A DNA stretch of 64,000 nucleotides, from NCBI GenBank assembly GCA_965644265.1, contig OZ286460.1, positions 12,958,001 through 13,022,000 of the forward strand, read 5' to 3'. The notes under the pieces were generated by a model. It saw nothing but the letters and a program-made list of their open reading frames with translations. It searched no databases and was not told the origin of the DNA. The DNA comes from Glycera tridactyla. Its lineage: Eukaryota. Shown here piece after piece: positions 61,833 through 64,000 of this stretch (position 1 is its first letter; each line of letters begins with the position of its first letter). Made by a program: the position numbers and the translations under genes.

Positions 61833-64000
61833 ACATATTATGTTACAATTACTGTCTTAAATAACATGTTGGTGATCGTGTGCTTGATGACAGGAGGAGT
61901 ATAAGTAGATAGAGACAACTCACATTGAGAAGAAGTTTGGGGCAGCCTCCTTGTCCAATGTCCAGCGTGTGAATGCGGAGAGGTGTGCCACTATGTCTCC
62001 AGAGTGACCGCTACCTCAAGTGGGCAGATATATCCAGCGTTAGATAGTCGTGTTTTTATCTTGGCCGATATTTGGCATACCTCTCAGACCCTGTCTGTTT
62101 ATCAATAGAGGCAGCCTTGGTCAAGTTCTGGACCTGTTATCAGCCGGCAGAGGAGAGGGCCTTATGTAAGACCAAAGCTCTTTAGTTGGGAGAGCTAGAT
62201 AAAGACCGGACTAGATTTTTGTAACCCACAAACGGTACTGAAACACATTACCCATGCAAGCAAAGACAGCCCACACTGACTATAGTCTATTTCATGCTAT
62301 TCTAATGGAAACACACCACATTTGCAGCCAACTGCTTCAATGGGATCATGATGCGCTCCTCTATCATCTAGTATGTGTAAGTGACACTAGATGGCATCAC
62401 GGCAGTATGTGCAGTGGAGGCATGGCACATAGAACACCACCTTGAGTGACTCCCTGTGTTCCCTCCCACCATGTGGTCATGTGGGCCCTGCAGTGGAGGC
62501 TGTGTGGAGGCTGTGTGCTCATTGACAGCAAAACAATGGAAGTGAGCACTCTGTCTGAATACATATTGTACGATTATCAGAGACTGTAATACACCTCTCC
62601 GCCAAACAATGCATTTATCCAGGAAACCAATCATTTACCATGCTTCTTGCCTCTCCAAGAAAATCACCAGCTGTGTCCTGCCCCTCCTACCCACATGAGA
62701 CTCATCATCCAGACTTGACTTTGGTCAAGCCATGACTCTGAGAGTATGCAGTGAATTGACAATGCCAACTGCCCTTATCCTCCCCCCCCCCCCTGGAATG
62801 GGGAAAATGAAGATGTTCATGTTTTTCGAATGTACTGTTCCTTCTTTGAAGAAACTATTGTCCATTCCAACAGCAAGTAGTCTCCAAATACTGACTTTTA
62901 GTCACATTGAATAGTGGTCTTTGTAGATATGTGGTCTTCTGTAGAAAGGCAGTTTACAGTGGAAAATACTACCACAATGACGTCTGGGTGGCTTCTGTAG
63001 GCAGGTGCCCTTTGTATAGAGTTAGTCTCCCACCCACGGTGACAGACTCCTGGCATGAGAGATCACTTTTTCAAGCCCCATTTGAGTTCAAAATACAGGT
63101 GAATATACCATAGAAAAGAGACCACCATACATTTGTTTCACAAGGGATGGATAATTCATGAGTTTGATGTCTGATTTGAAGATAGAAGTTAAACTCATTA
63201 TATGAGCAAATCAATCTGCAACCTTATGAAGGCAGAAATCCAATGAGAAATATCATTTGGAAACTAATATAACTAATAAATTGGTGGGATAGGGATTCTT
63301 CATAACATGGATAAGAAAATTCATTGGCAAGTTGTTGAATCATTGAATGGGATTTCACCATTTTTGTGATGTTGGATCAGATTTTGATATGAGCAGTCCT
63401 TGTCAAAATGAACCTGCCCCCCCCCCCATCCCCCCTCTAATTCACATTCCATGGTTGTATCAGGATTAATCTTTTGCAACATTGTAACCATAGCTAAAAG
63501 TTTCACCATTTAGCCAGAGTTGCTGGACAAGACCTCTCCTGAACCTTCACTCTAATCTATGCGATGATATACTTGGTGTAGTCAGGATTTCTGATGCATT
63601 GGGTATTGGAGTTTGAAGCTTGATTTTGAAACTTTGACCTTTCTTATAGAATACTGGGTCACTCATCATGGATATGAATGAAACAATTTCAAACATTCTC
63701 AACTACAAATGCAGGAGAATCATATGAAATGACACATGTTCCGGTGACAGCTAGGGACAAGGGGGATACGTTCTGTGGTGACACGTGAATGTTGATTTTG
63801 ATTTCCAGTTTGACAAATTGCCATCATAATGTGTCAGGGCCCCTGGACAGATCCATGTAGCCCCCCCCCCCCCTTCATATTTCCTTTGACCTGAGGGAAT
63901 GAACCCTTTTGCACCACGGCGCCATCTTCTGGAAATCCTAGTGAGATTATCTTGGAAATGTATAGAGGTCACTACAGCATAGTGGCCTTTTTGTCTCCTC

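Noticed and set aside
1-64000. CRISPR arrays, prokaryotic operons, rRNA or tRNA genes
   Set aside because: I saw no regularly spaced repeats or RNA-gene signatures; the window is intron-rich animal DNA.

Overview
Eukaryotic (invertebrate bilaterian, probably lophotrochozoan-like) genomic DNA, AT-rich, with five N-gaps. The whole window appears to lie inside one large minus-strand gene, a prospero/Prox homeo-prospero transcription factor. Three coding exons are supported: 54101-51710 (2.4 kb N-terminal exon), 47195-47041 (homeodomain) and 19456-19312 (start of the Prospero domain). The first two are joined by a 4.5 kb minor-spliceosome (U12) AT-AC intron with near-consensus signals (ATATCCTTT donor, TCCTTAAC branch, TAC acceptor). 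This matches the position of the Drosophila prospero twintron, but an in-frame stop blocks a Drosophila-style long isoform. The next intron is a 27.6 kb GT-AG intron. The last coding exon (expected VP..F...TLREFF...SWKK.IYK) was not found, so it lies left of position 1 or in a gap. A phase-compatible candidate first exon lies at 58038-57953. The introns hold TA-flanked Tc1/mariner-pogo-type MITEs, microsatellites, about 23 poly-C/G runs, a SINE remnant with an exact 118-bp duplication, CpG-rich putative cis-regulatory patches, and several splice-like cassettes (possible microexon or recursive sites). Nothing prokaryotic (CRISPR, operon, rRNA, tRNA) is present. All coordinates and counts were read by eye.
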